Source of the DNA: an uncultured bacterium
GTDB taxonomy: Bacteria > Omnitrophota > Omnitrophia > Omnitrophales > Aquincolibacteriaceae
NCBI GenBank assembly: GCA_964508905.1
Contig: CAZDVO010000008.1
Location: 1-62,070, forward strand
Length of the DNA stretch: 62,070 nt
Direction: 5' to 3'
The position numbers and the translations under genes are program-made. The notes under the pieces are model-generated. The model was not told the DNA's origin. It saw nothing but the letters and a program-made list of their open reading frames with translations, and searched no databases. Shown here one piece after another: positions 55,701 to 62,070 of this stretch; the stretch's first letter is position 1, and every line of letters starts with the position of its first letter.

Positions 55701-57460
55701 TGTTGCTGCAAGGGTGGTTGCGGACCCAAGAGGCTGATAACTTTCAATTTGCTATGACGATCGTGAGTCTCCTTCACCAGAAAGCGCGTCTTCCCGGGGC
55801 GAATGCCCTTTCGCCGGACGAGGCTGCTCGTTTGGAGACGAAATACCTTGGACGGATCTTTACCCGCTTTCCCGGCCAGAGTGCTCGCCGTATGTTCATT
55901 CAAAATAAAGACATGGAAAATTTTGCCTATGATATTTATTTTCAACATCCCGAGATATTTGGCGTCAGACCGATGTCTGAGATCCCCACGATGGCCCAAC
56001 TGACCCAAATGCTCAAGGAAGATCTTGCCGCGATGGAGGCCTCGGCGGCGGGGCGCTCCGAATCCCGTGCGGAAACGCGGACGGAGGGAACGACGGCGGA
56101 GGATTTTGACGAATTTGTTCAGGGGTATTGGCGGGAGAATGATTTGGGCAGTGAGGAGGATCGCTTGGCTGCCGCGAAGTTCTATTATTCGAGCGATTCG
56201 GGCAGGGCGATTCAAAAGGGAGGCATCACGGCTTCGATGTTTTCTGTATTTATAAGGGCCATGGGATTCAGAGGAAAGGACAGCGCAGCCAAGACTTTCG
56301 CAGCCATGAGTGCGCTTCGGAAACTTCGGCCTCTCTATCCTGAGGTGAAATTGTCGACAGCCATCGACATGCTTTCCAAGGGCGAATTTGATTTTAATAA
56401 ACTTGGGAATAGTGGCGAGGTTGCGCTTGCAAGCTTTCTGCCAGCGGTCAGGACTATTTTTTTGAGGAACGGGATCAAGGCGCAGGTTCTGAAAGTTGGT
56501 GTTGATGCGGCGGCCAAGGCAGCAGAAACCAAGACTGCCGCTGAGCTGGAGGCGGAATTTGTTGAAGCGATGCAGGCTCGAATGCCGGCGGCGGAGACGG
56601 CGATCGATCTCAGAAGTGTTCTAAAGGAACTTTCGTCTGAGGAACAAAAGTCTCTGGAATTCAAAGTGGCTGAGGTGAGGAACCGCTTGGGATTGGCAGA
56701 AGTATCGGATGAGGTGGTTCGTGTGGCGCTTTTGGTGGGTGGGATCCTGGATCTGAGCAAAGCGGATTTGCCTGAAGCTAAACGGCGGATGATGCTTCTG
56801 GCGGCCACGATCGGCGGGCAGGCGACGGTGGCTTTACGAGATGCCTTCAAGAAAGCTTATGAAGGTCAGAATATTCAATTGCCTGTGAGCGATGCGGTGG
56901 GGTTGGTGGTGGATATCCTTGATGCGATGCCCTCGTCCAAGAAGGTCGAGGCGGTGAAGGGGATGCTGGCCTTGAATCCGAACGCGCATTTTGCCTGGAT
57001 CGTTCCTGCCGGGGTGGATGTGTCGGAAACGGTTCAGAAGATTACCGAATGGGGGAACCGTAATGATGTGAAAGTTGAGGGGCGCCTTCTTGTGAGCGGG
57101 GTCGGAGCCAGTCTTGCGAACAGCATCAACAGCGTGAAAAAGAGGATCAAACGTATCTACGCGTTTGTTGTTATCGGGCGCTCGGAAGATCTGGCTGACC
57201 TGAATGTGGAACAGGCGGAACTGATTGAGCGGGGGAACGAGATCCCTCAAGACGTTGCGGATGTGGCGGGGATAGTGGTGTCCGTCGAGCGGTCCCAGGA
57301 ACTTGTCTATGGGGGCGAGAAATTTGGTGAGAAAACCGCTCAGGCCATCAATGCGAAAAAAGGGAAACGTTTTTCTTTCAACCTTAACGGACTTCTCAAT
57401 ATTGCCAAGAGCCTCGCAGCCCAACTTCAGGGCCTCCTGAGCCTCGAAAAATCCGCTTAG
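49712..57460 (+). CDS. Giant (2582 aa) secreted multidomain protein: TIKI/ChaN-like N-terminal domain, Fic, polyvalent-type ART, HExxH peptidase, Ser/Thr kinase and an unknown C-terminal module
   Basis: Single open frame; Sec-type signal (KKIISLVVLVCFAMTQTVSA); motifs QNAH/VEG/TGGFH, QPFVEGNHR, VLDENGEPLLVWHG/GSYFT, HEARH..E and HGDIKPGN. Confidence 0.9.
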   Translation: MTNTAKKIISLVVLVCFAMTQTVSANPGASIEIATRYETPSFLQIDIPAELATLDGLFEAPPRPDPRLVLHVQNAHANYGAQMKIKELLQYLHKTYGFKTIFVEGASEDLNPDYLRMFPDRERNMKLADFLMQQGELTGAELFILEQDGGGRRAEGAKNQDDRGEKADGVYAETPSSILHPLSEPSVRAHGIENAELYRENYDALKKVFGSGKTVTRYLGGYESRLDGLASKVFSPELRKLLGDWKKFEKGQREFMPYVHALTGNAKKILGVDLESLLAQVEWPQISRLLQLQVMEKELQTEKALAEKDKLITFLTAKRVTPELLAAIKDFQGQRVSVLRGKSDAVPAGLQPRDLMEKLVLEAGPKGFRFQDYPAFSIYAGYLILKNELDPKRLFEEIRTVFARMLDTLAKTPRQRELLAIYRDEELVRKLLNLELPRREWREAVAKQQELGMDVMVERLKTIGALVSKESNLPLSSFETKKVSEAFRQEVMGIQAAAFGFYDAARRREDVFYQKIEEVMTRNAESKAVLVTGGFHTDGITDLLREHQVSYGILTPRLLEKSDENLYRSVMLQNKQSTFELSYLEAVSRLQGYLAQGGQVGEVEVVASLEAVLRAIGHAGDLGNIADAIKIFNESSYAINGKIQIDPNPISNDEKGRPVYQVLHRSEARRDDLHGVAMPWYSHAVETGMRLSGNLFFDRGVGMMNDLLRRTDLTPEILERAFWGWHQVMDVAQGQKDIYRVQPEAIQQLFAKVLFDASQPVTRENVYEKVAELYYELHRMQPFVEGNHRAISLLVNFVFLKVGVPAFYLNQRNTPNYDEMRKLIRLPVQTRRNADWGKVSSDRLRAAFKNAGMELPVRPVRETSALNDDNLKKVIASFFMIEAATIRSESRTGEVLTESRVQSAADSLELQIEAVRRENVGKPTWMRAPNSSVTNLSERHWLLVRTPQFKSFFGDWEHDPQNASKVLDENGEPLLVWHGSQAAAAFDAFDPEAKRITDIGDLGWGSYFTGSRETAEVFTWRLNATQGPLVSAFLNIRNPASVETVQKNGGNGKSRTPEAAKSLVQTLTNLGHDGAFRTPLEVVFGKPVTEWVVYDNANIFMVSPDVLSEETPTIDRQNVPARVEMRTIEQTKLSLDGGTLQVPSIAPGAGIQMVVGKDAEFQKARLESRQKTVSKREKLLQTVAVAGFFAFWAGFPDLSLAREKTAYVPYVARQEKAPSEPSRVAPGVELLDFTKLWAAVMSQGVLRGVTEEDLRQSIDYSNRPDIRAQVQAAYAMLIRDGLLPEGTKFPVVLLKGIDESLFSKLGISADSFAVAPRGSGVVFVPRVAWDRLDPDVSKAAWLLVKAGHEARHHMDLLNDPNISTLRTEANAYAVTARSMELAGYPEEQLILQRQVASAFKVLADSEEAVSRIFGKGTLFRNINYGNIAVDGSGFVRVELLDEVNGKKIMIGVDLNAPLGKQIFELVAKPAEQSSNAETQTHAVYASRESLGGVLTPLTDIPSSMVLAVLGLMAAVPRRGTRAGQTSAAPSKSQETKKKLAAVRSESRAQAAAEGEELTLDQVRKEFAATFRHEFADDLTVLAGLPQLLIQPELFPEARRTSIDLGRKSLKALRAQVERLRQEQGENFVRAPNHGATDGSFLLVDSHTQSYGNNYHQLSQQWHQYARMEVLALVNHKQLAANLEMVIDKAEEWLNKVAAKLAQGEKLADADLKDGDDFGETFLYVLDQLGRGEFESWVGEPQSEGGSLQVNEVGTPALPMVSENHGYWVDAITNLARQYGRTLRRRTLSEERLTVVEIPGRDRYLPGAFHLLNAEGKVIGVSLVEDIIFRAVDPKTGEPIDDEVIKRADGESMRDELNATWALEEAWALKEADKYGYLRAWEAGVMANGQGFWARLKGPKKGQDLSQANPRLSVIDLFKGLAGAGERFVQLHQAGLIHGDIKPGNILLGEDPKGALDVSNSYVIDLTGVQQLGANPDAETVLGTTWMNPLIKMEGRPVLLQGWLRTQEADNFQFAMTIVSLLHQKARLPGANALSPDEAARLETKYLGRIFTRFPGQSARRMFIQNKDMENFAYDIYFQHPEIFGVRPMSEIPTMAQLTQMLKEDLAAMEASAAGRSESRAETRTEGTTAEDFDEFVQGYWRENDLGSEEDRLAAAKFYYSSDSGRAIQKGGITASMFSVFIRAMGFRGKDSAAKTFAAMSALRKLRPLYPEVKLSTAIDMLSKGEFDFNKLGNSGEVALASFLPAVRTIFLRNGIKAQVLKVGVDAAAKAAETKTAAELEAEFVEAMQARMPAAETAIDLRSVLKELSSEEQKSLEFKVAEVRNRLGLAEVSDEVVRVALLVGGILDLSKADLPEAKRRMMLLAATIGGQATVALRDAFKKAYEGQNIQLPVSDAVGLVVDILDAMPSSKKVEAVKGMLALNPNAHFAWIVPAGVDVSETVQKITEWGNRNDVKVEGRLLVSGVGASLANSINSVKKRIKRIYAFVVIGRSEDLADLNVEQAELIERGNEIPQDVADVAGIVVSVERSQELVYGGEKFGEKTAQAINAKKGKRFSFNLNGLLNIAKSLAAQLQGLLSLEKSA
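50152..50260 (+). repeat. Heptamer-arm palindrome, family C, in frame inside the giant-protein gene
   Basis: GGATGGC GGAGGGC x3 (50152-50179), 54-nt spacer, CCATCCT x3 CTATCC (50234-50260). Confidence 0.82.
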
Positions 57461-57481
57461 TCATTATCCCGGCACACTTTG

Positions 57482-57510
57482 TGGACTTTTGATTACTTGC
57501 CCGCTAAAAT
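57482..57510 (+). promoter_or_regulatory. Sigma70-type promoter of plsC, predicted leaderless transcript
   Basis: TGGACT (57482-57487), 17-nt spacer, TAAAAT (57505-57510), then 6 nt to ATG 57517; no Shine-Dalgarno. Confidence 0.55.
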
Positions 57511-57516
57511 GCCCGC

Positions 57517-58311
57517 ATGAAGATCCTCAAAGAGCGCGTGTTCAGTCCCGGAGAAAGTCTTTTTTATTCCACCGTCTTGTGGGCCGCGACGGTTTTCCTC
57601 ACTCTTTTTTCCGCTTGTCTTGATCTTTTCGTGGTGTATCCGATCTCGCTGATCGTGGATCGTAAGGCTCGGAGGCTTTTGCACACGGTTTCCGCCGATT
57701 GGGGAAGAACCATTATTCGGTGGAGTTCGATCTGGCGGCTTGTGGTGACGGGGAAGGAGCATCTTGAAAAGGGGAAGCACTACATCGTGATCGCCAATCA
57801 TCAGAGCATGCTGGATATCCTCGCCGTTTGCGCCGGGGTCCCCATTAATTTTAAGTTTCTCGCCAAGCGCGAGCTCTTTCAGATCCCGTTCATGGGATGG
57901 GCCATGGCCGCTGCCGGTTACATTCCCGTGGACCGCGCGAGCCATAAAAGCGGGCGCGAAGCGATGCACCGCATTACCCGGGTTCTGGATAAAGGGGTGA
58001 GCGTGCTCCTTTTCCCGGAGGGGACGCGAAGCCCCGACGGTAAGATCCATGCCTTTAAGATGGGCGCTTTCAAATTGGCACGCGATAATAAAGTGGAGAT
58101 CCTTCCGGTGGTGGTGGACGGAACGGGACAGGCGCTTCCCAAGAGATCCTGGCTGATCAAAAAGAAAAGCGCGTTCATCGTTTCGATCGGGAAGCCGGTC
58201 TCGCTCGATGATTTTGCTGATGCCTCGATGGAAGAGGCGAAAGAGAAGATTCGCCACGAAATGATCGGGCGATTGGAACATATCCGCCACGGCAAGTGTG
58301 AGGCCGCGTGA
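57517..58311 (+). CDS. plsC: 1-acyl-sn-glycerol-3-phosphate acyltransferase
   Basis: ANHQSMLD, KFLAKREL, FPEGTRS, FKMGAF and ILPVVV motifs. Confidence 0.9.
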   Translation: MKILKERVFSPGESLFYSTVLWAATVFLTLFSACLDLFVVYPISLIVDRKARRLLHTVSADWGRTIIRWSSIWRLVVTGKEHLEKGKHYIVIANHQSMLDILAVCAGVPINFKFLAKRELFQIPFMGWAMAAAGYIPVDRASHKSGREAMHRITRVLDKGVSVLLFPEGTRSPDGKIHAFKMGAFKLARDNKVEILPVVVDGTGQALPKRSWLIKKKSAFIVSIGKPVSLDDFADASMEEAKEKIRHEMIGRLEHIRHGKCEAA

Positions 58312-59045
58312 AGATACTGACATTAAATACGTGGCAAGAGCGCGGGCCCTGGCGCGAACGTTGGGAACTCATCCTGAAGGGCCTCCGAGAGTACGATGCT
58401 GATATCGTTGCTTTTCAGGAAGTGTTCAATATGGACTGGGCTGAAGAAGTCCACCGCCGAAGCGGGTACCCCTACCTGGCTGTGAGCGGGGAACACTCAG
58501 GGCTTATTTTTCTTTCAAAATTCAAACCGGTCGAGCAGGAATGCTTGGTGATGGAGACGCGGTCGCCGACCGAGGATTATCATCGGTATGCTTTTTATCT
58601 CCGGGTGGATGTCGAGGGTCAGGACGTCGCGCTGTTTAATACGCATCTTTCATGGAAGGCGGGCGAGAATGAAGTGCGGATGAAGCAGACGCTTGAACTG
58701 GAAGCTTTTGCTACCCGGAAAGCCTCCACGCTTCCGGTGGCATTGATGGGAGACTTGAACGGCGCGTCGAATACGCCGCCGGTCGTGTATCTCCGGGAAA
58801 TACGGAAATGGATCGACACGTTCTGGGTGAAGAATCCCGGCGTGCCTGGGTTGACCTGGGACTATCGGAATCCCTACGCGGAAGCAGAGCGGGATAAAAT
58901 GGCGGAACGGCGCATCGATTATATTTTTATTCGAGAGAGGACGGGCCCCTTGGAGGCGATCAGGTCTTCGCGCGTTGTTTTTGACCAGCCCTCCGCTGCG
59001 GGGGTCTTTCCGTCGGATCATTTTGGGGTGCTTACCGAATTTTAA
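58308..59045 (+). CDS. Endonuclease/exonuclease/phosphatase-family protein
   Basis: LTLNTW, DIVAFQEV, NTHLS, MGDLN, RIDYIF and SDHFGV motifs. Confidence 0.92.
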   Translation: MKILTLNTWQERGPWRERWELILKGLREYDADIVAFQEVFNMDWAEEVHRRSGYPYLAVSGEHSGLIFLSKFKPVEQECLVMETRSPTEDYHRYAFYLRVDVEGQDVALFNTHLSWKAGENEVRMKQTLELEAFATRKASTLPVALMGDLNGASNTPPVVYLREIRKWIDTFWVKNPGVPGLTWDYRNPYAEAERDKMAERRIDYIFIRERTGPLEAIRSSRVVFDQPSAAGVFPSDHFGVLTEF

Positions 59046-59048
59046 TAG

Positions 59049-59115
59049 CGCAACGCACAACGCGCAAAGTTTAACGCAACGCTTTTCCGTCGAGCGTTGC
59101 CCGTTGCGCATTGAG
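59049..59115. repeat. Heptamer-arm palindrome, family B, second copy
   Basis: Left arm CGCAACG CACAACG CGCAAAG TTTAACG (59049-59076); right arm CGTCGAG CGTTGCC CGTTGCG CATTGAG (59088-59115). Confidence 0.75.
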
Positions 59116-59131
59116 CTGGAAAATGGATAAC

Positions 59132-60259
59132 ATGGTGCAACAAACCCGAAAAATGGATCAGGCGGTTGACTATCAAAAGATCCGCCGCCGGCTTTCGCTC
59201 TTTCAGCTGTTTTTGACGCCGGCGCTGCTAGGCATTCTGCTCGCGAGCGGGTGGACGTTCGGAATGCGCCAGAATGCGGCGCTTCTGGCCGGGCCGAATG
59301 AATGGGCGATCGTGGCCGTCTATTTTGTTCTCTTCTCTCTTTTTTTTCTTATCTTCGATCTGCCGCTTTCTTTTTATTCCGGGTTCATGCTGGAGCATCG
59401 ATTCGGGCTCTCGAATCAGAACTTCGGACAGTGGCTAGGCGATCTCGCCAAGAAAACGCTGCTATCCTTTGGCTTTTCGCTCGTTCTTCTTGAATTTCTT
59501 TATCTGATCATCCGGCACTGCCCCGGGACCTGGTGGCTCTGGGCCTGGGTGGCCTACGCCTTCGTAAGTTATGTGATCGGGAAAGTCTTTCCGGTGCTGA
59601 TCGTTCCGCTTTTCTATAAGTATGGGAAGTTGGAAGATAAGGAACTCGAGACTAAGGTCCTGGCTCTTGCCGCCCGGTACGGGATGCCGGTCGAGAATGT
59701 TTATGCGCTCAATCTGAGCAAAACGACCAAGAAGGCGAACGCGGCCTTTATGGGGATCGGTAGAACGAAACGGGTGGTCTTAAGCGACACGCTTATTCAG
59801 AATTTTTCACACGCGGAGGTGGAAGTCGTGGTGGCGCATGAGCTCGGGCATTACAAACACCACGATGTGTGGCGTTTGCTGGCCTTCGGGCTTGCCGCAT
59901 CGCTTGTTGCTTTCGCAGCCGGGTTCTGGGGCATGGAGGCTTCGGCCCGAAGCGTGTCGCTCGATTCGACCGCCGATGTGGCGGGACTGCCGCTTTTTTT
60001 TCTGATCTTTTATGCCGTGAACCTGATCCTTATGCCCATGATGAACGGTTATTCCCGGCGGCGGGAGCGGGCCGCGGATCGTTTTGCCCTCAAGGCGTTG
60101 CCTACTCCGGACGTCTTTATCTCATGTATGAAGAAGCTTGGGACGCAGAATCTCGCGGATCCCGAGCCCCCCGGGTGGTACGAATGGTTCTTTTACGATC
60201 ATCCTTCGATCCGAAAGCGTGTCGCGATGGCGGAAGCACAGGCCGCCGTCTTGAAATGA
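59132..60259 (+). CDS. M48-family (Ste24-like) membrane zinc metallopeptidase; start uncertain (59123, 59132 or 59153)
   Basis: SKTTKKANAAFMG, VVAHELGH, RERAADRFA and YDHPSI..R motifs; several TM helices. Confidence 0.93.
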   Translation: MVQQTRKMDQAVDYQKIRRRLSLFQLFLTPALLGILLASGWTFGMRQNAALLAGPNEWAIVAVYFVLFSLFFLIFDLPLSFYSGFMLEHRFGLSNQNFGQWLGDLAKKTLLSFGFSLVLLEFLYLIIRHCPGTWWLWAWVAYAFVSYVIGKVFPVLIVPLFYKYGKLEDKELETKVLALAARYGMPVENVYALNLSKTTKKANAAFMGIGRTKRVVLSDTLIQNFSHAEVEVVVAHELGHYKHHDVWRLLAFGLAASLVAFAAGFWGMEASARSVSLDSTADVAGLPLFFLIFYAVNLILMPMMNGYSRRRERAADRFALKALPTPDVFISCMKKLGTQNLADPEPPGWYEWFFYDHPSIRKRVAMAEAQAAVLK

Positions 60260-60266
60260 GAGGCTG

Positions 60267-61385
60267 ATGAACATGAAAATGATGATGCGTTGCGTGATGG
60301 CCGTGATCTTGGCGGGGGCTTTTTACGGGAGCGCGCAGGCCGAGAACGATCCGGATGACCGCGGCAAGGATTCTGTGGAGCGTCGCCAGAAGATCGAGAT
60401 CGAGCAATTCTTTTCGGAGAAGGGCGGCGCCATGCCGATGACGCCGATGGCGATCAGTTTCTACAATGATGGCGTGAAGTTCTTTGAAAAGAACGAGTTC
60501 GATCTCGCGAGGGAGGCGCTAAACCAGTCGCTGGCGTTGGAGCCCCGGAATGCCATGGCGCTGGAACTGCTGGGGGAGATCGAGAACCTGCAACAGAATT
60601 TTGAGAAGGCGGAATATTATTACAAACAAAGTTATCTCATTCATTCTTCCGTCCGGTTGCGCCAGAAGATCGAAAAGATCCAGAAGGAGCATGTCGTCGA
60701 AAAGGACCTCGACACCTATGATGAGGAGCATTTCATCATCAAGTACCGGAAAGGGGAGCAGGGTTATGAGGGCTATTTGCTCCGGGACCTTCTTCGGGAT
60801 GCCTATCGCCAGATCTCCCAGGATTTCAGTTATTACTTTAATCACAAGACGACCGTGCTTTTTTATAGCGGCACGGAGTTCCACGATGTGACCGGCCAGG
60901 CGGCTTGGGTCGGGGGGCTTTATGACGGCAAGATCCGTTTACCGCCGTATCGGCAGGGTTTTAACGAGCTGTCCCTGCGCGCCGCCACGACGCACGAAAT
61001 GACGCACGCGTTCGTGACCGCGCTGAGCGGTGGGCGGGCCCCGGCCTGGATCCAGGAAGGGTTGGCCCAATATGAGCAGAATCAGGTGGAAACGGTGAAC
61101 ACGCTTGTGTTCGATACGGCCGTTCGGATCAACACACTCCTGCCGCTCGATCGCCTGCTATCTGAAGATCTGAAAATGGATAAGATGGATCCTCTCGAAG
61201 TGTCCCTTTTTTATCAGCAGGCCTATCGGCTGGTGCGATACATGGTGGAACGCTATCAGATGTACCGCGTCAAGGAGATGCTCGTGAAGTTCAAGGAAGG
61301 GAAGCCCGCTGAGCAGGCGATCGAGGAATCTCTGGGCATTTCCTTCGCGCAGCTCGAGAAGGAATGGCTCGCCTCCCTCAAATGA
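60267..61385 (+). CDS. Exported TPR protein with a peptidase MA-like domain
   Basis: Signal peptide; TPR-like helices; THEMTHA and PAWIQEGLAQY motifs. Confidence 0.85.
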   Translation: MNMKMMMRCVMAVILAGAFYGSAQAENDPDDRGKDSVERRQKIEIEQFFSEKGGAMPMTPMAISFYNDGVKFFEKNEFDLAREALNQSLALEPRNAMALELLGEIENLQQNFEKAEYYYKQSYLIHSSVRLRQKIEKIQKEHVVEKDLDTYDEEHFIIKYRKGEQGYEGYLLRDLLRDAYRQISQDFSYYFNHKTTVLFYSGTEFHDVTGQAAWVGGLYDGKIRLPPYRQGFNELSLRAATTHEMTHAFVTALSGGRAPAWIQEGLAQYEQNQVETVNTLVFDTAVRINTLLPLDRLLSEDLKMDKMDPLEVSLFYQQAYRLVRYMVERYQMYRVKEMLVKFKEGKPAEQAIEESLGISFAQLEKEWLASLK

Positions 61386-62070
61386 AAGTTTCTTCCCCAA
61401 AATATTCCCCCGGGATGCTCTTGGCTGACTCCAGAACGTTAGAAACGGGCGGGCCTTTTCGCTATCGCTACCGTTTGGAAGACGCGGGACTTGAGGCTTC
61501 GATCCGTCAGTTCGGGATCCTAATGCCGATCCTCGTGGCCCCGGGGAAGCGCCCGAAGGTGATTGCCGGGCACAGGAGGCTTGGGGCGGCAAGGGCTCTT
61601 AAGATCAAAAAAGTCCCGGTGAGGGTGATGGATCCTGTTCGTCCTCGTGACGCTTTTCTTCTGGCGCTGGCCTCGAACTGGCGCCAGGAAGTTTCCGAGA
61701 TGGATAGCGCGCGGGCATTGGGGATGGCTTCGCGGACTTTCGGTTTTTCAGAGCACGAGATCCTGACCGGCATCATGCCGATGCTAGGGCTTCCTCAGGA
61801 GCGGGCCCTCTTGCCCCATTATCTTGCGGCCGACGCTTTCCCCGTGGCGTTAAAGGAGCTTGTGGAAGACGGGCGCGTTCCCTTTCGCGGCATCCTTCCT
61901 TTGCTGAAGTTCTCAAAAAAAGATCAGCTCTTTTTTTCGACGATCGCCGCCAAGGCGAAATTCACGAGTTCCCAGATGCTCCAGGTCTCCGAATGGCTCG
62001 GGGACCTGATAAAACGTTCGGGCCAAGGTCTCCAGTCGTTGTGCCGGGGACACAAGCTCTTGGCGATGCT
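61382..62070 (+). CDS. ParB/Srx N-terminal-domain protein (3' end cut by the window edge; absent from the ORF track)
   Basis: My translation from ATG 61382 (ATGA overlap) gives ...LEASIRQFGILMPILV...VIAGHRRLGAA...; the frame stays open to the window end. Confidence 0.82.
   Translation, partial: MKVSSPKYSPGMLLADSRTLETGGPFRYRYRLEDAGLEASIRQFGILMPILVAPGKRPKVIAGHRRLGAARALKIKKVPVRVMDPVRPRDAFLLALASNWRQEVSEMDSARALGMASRTFGFSEHEILTGIMPMLGLPQERALLPHYLAADAFPVALKELVEDGRVPFRGILPLLKFSKKDQLFFSTIAAKAKFTSSQMLQVSEWLGDLIKRSGQGLQSLCRGHKLLAM

Noticed and set aside
51704-56068. RSExR junctions as DNA recombination (att-like) sites
   Set aside because: Synonymous positions differ between copies and there is no shared flanking DNA, so the constraint is on the peptide.
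57176-57195. Extra RSE (IGRSEDL) as a sixth junction
   Set aside because: It lacks the final Arg and directly follows a hydrophobic beta strand, so it is probably inside a folded domain.
1-62070. tRNA, rRNA, transposase or integrase genes
   Set aside because: No cloverleaf or T-loop context, rRNA signature, or DDE, tyrosine or serine recombinase motif was recognised by eye; tRNAscan-SE and cmscan were not run.

Overview
A moderately GC-rich bacterial chromosome segment, almost all on the + strand. It most likely comes from a PVC-superphylum organism, probably Candidatus Omnitrophota (OP3). That is an inference from the Planctomycete/Verrucomicrobia-restricted Minf_1886-family gene and a giant secreted multidomain protein. 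The backbone is housekeeping, in this order: cysS (5'-truncated)-tmk-holB-metG-tatD-mtnA-thiL-tsaE; a frameshifted ORF6N gene; radC; a HAD hydrolase (the only - strand gene called); an Opp/Dpp ABC operon; mutS-mutL-receiver-CDF-CusRS-like two-component system; orphan plus PTS EIIA; ATPase-HIT-degenerate HD-GYP; a reduced dcw cluster (murE to ftsA, with no ftsZ, murB, ftsI, ftsL or mraZ in it); gcvT-H-PA-PB-lipoate ligase; pcrA; a 2582-aa protein; plsC; an EEP phosphatase; M48 and MA peptidases; and a 3'-truncated ParB-like gene. No rRNA, tRNA, CRISPR array or transposase was recognised. Three observations stand out. (1) The 2582-aa protein carries a TIKI/ChaN-like N-terminal domain followed by Fic, polyvalent-type ADP-ribosyltransferase, HExxH peptidase and Ser/Thr kinase modules. 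The modules are separated by an R-S-E-[S/A]-R pentapeptide that is conserved as protein but not as DNA, so this is a candidate processed multi-effector toxin. (2) Six palindromic elements have arms of about four 7-nt repeats, in three unrelated sequence families; three copies sit in frame, in the same phase, inside PcrA and the giant protein. (3) FtsA has degenerate ATP-binding motifs and no ftsZ follows it.
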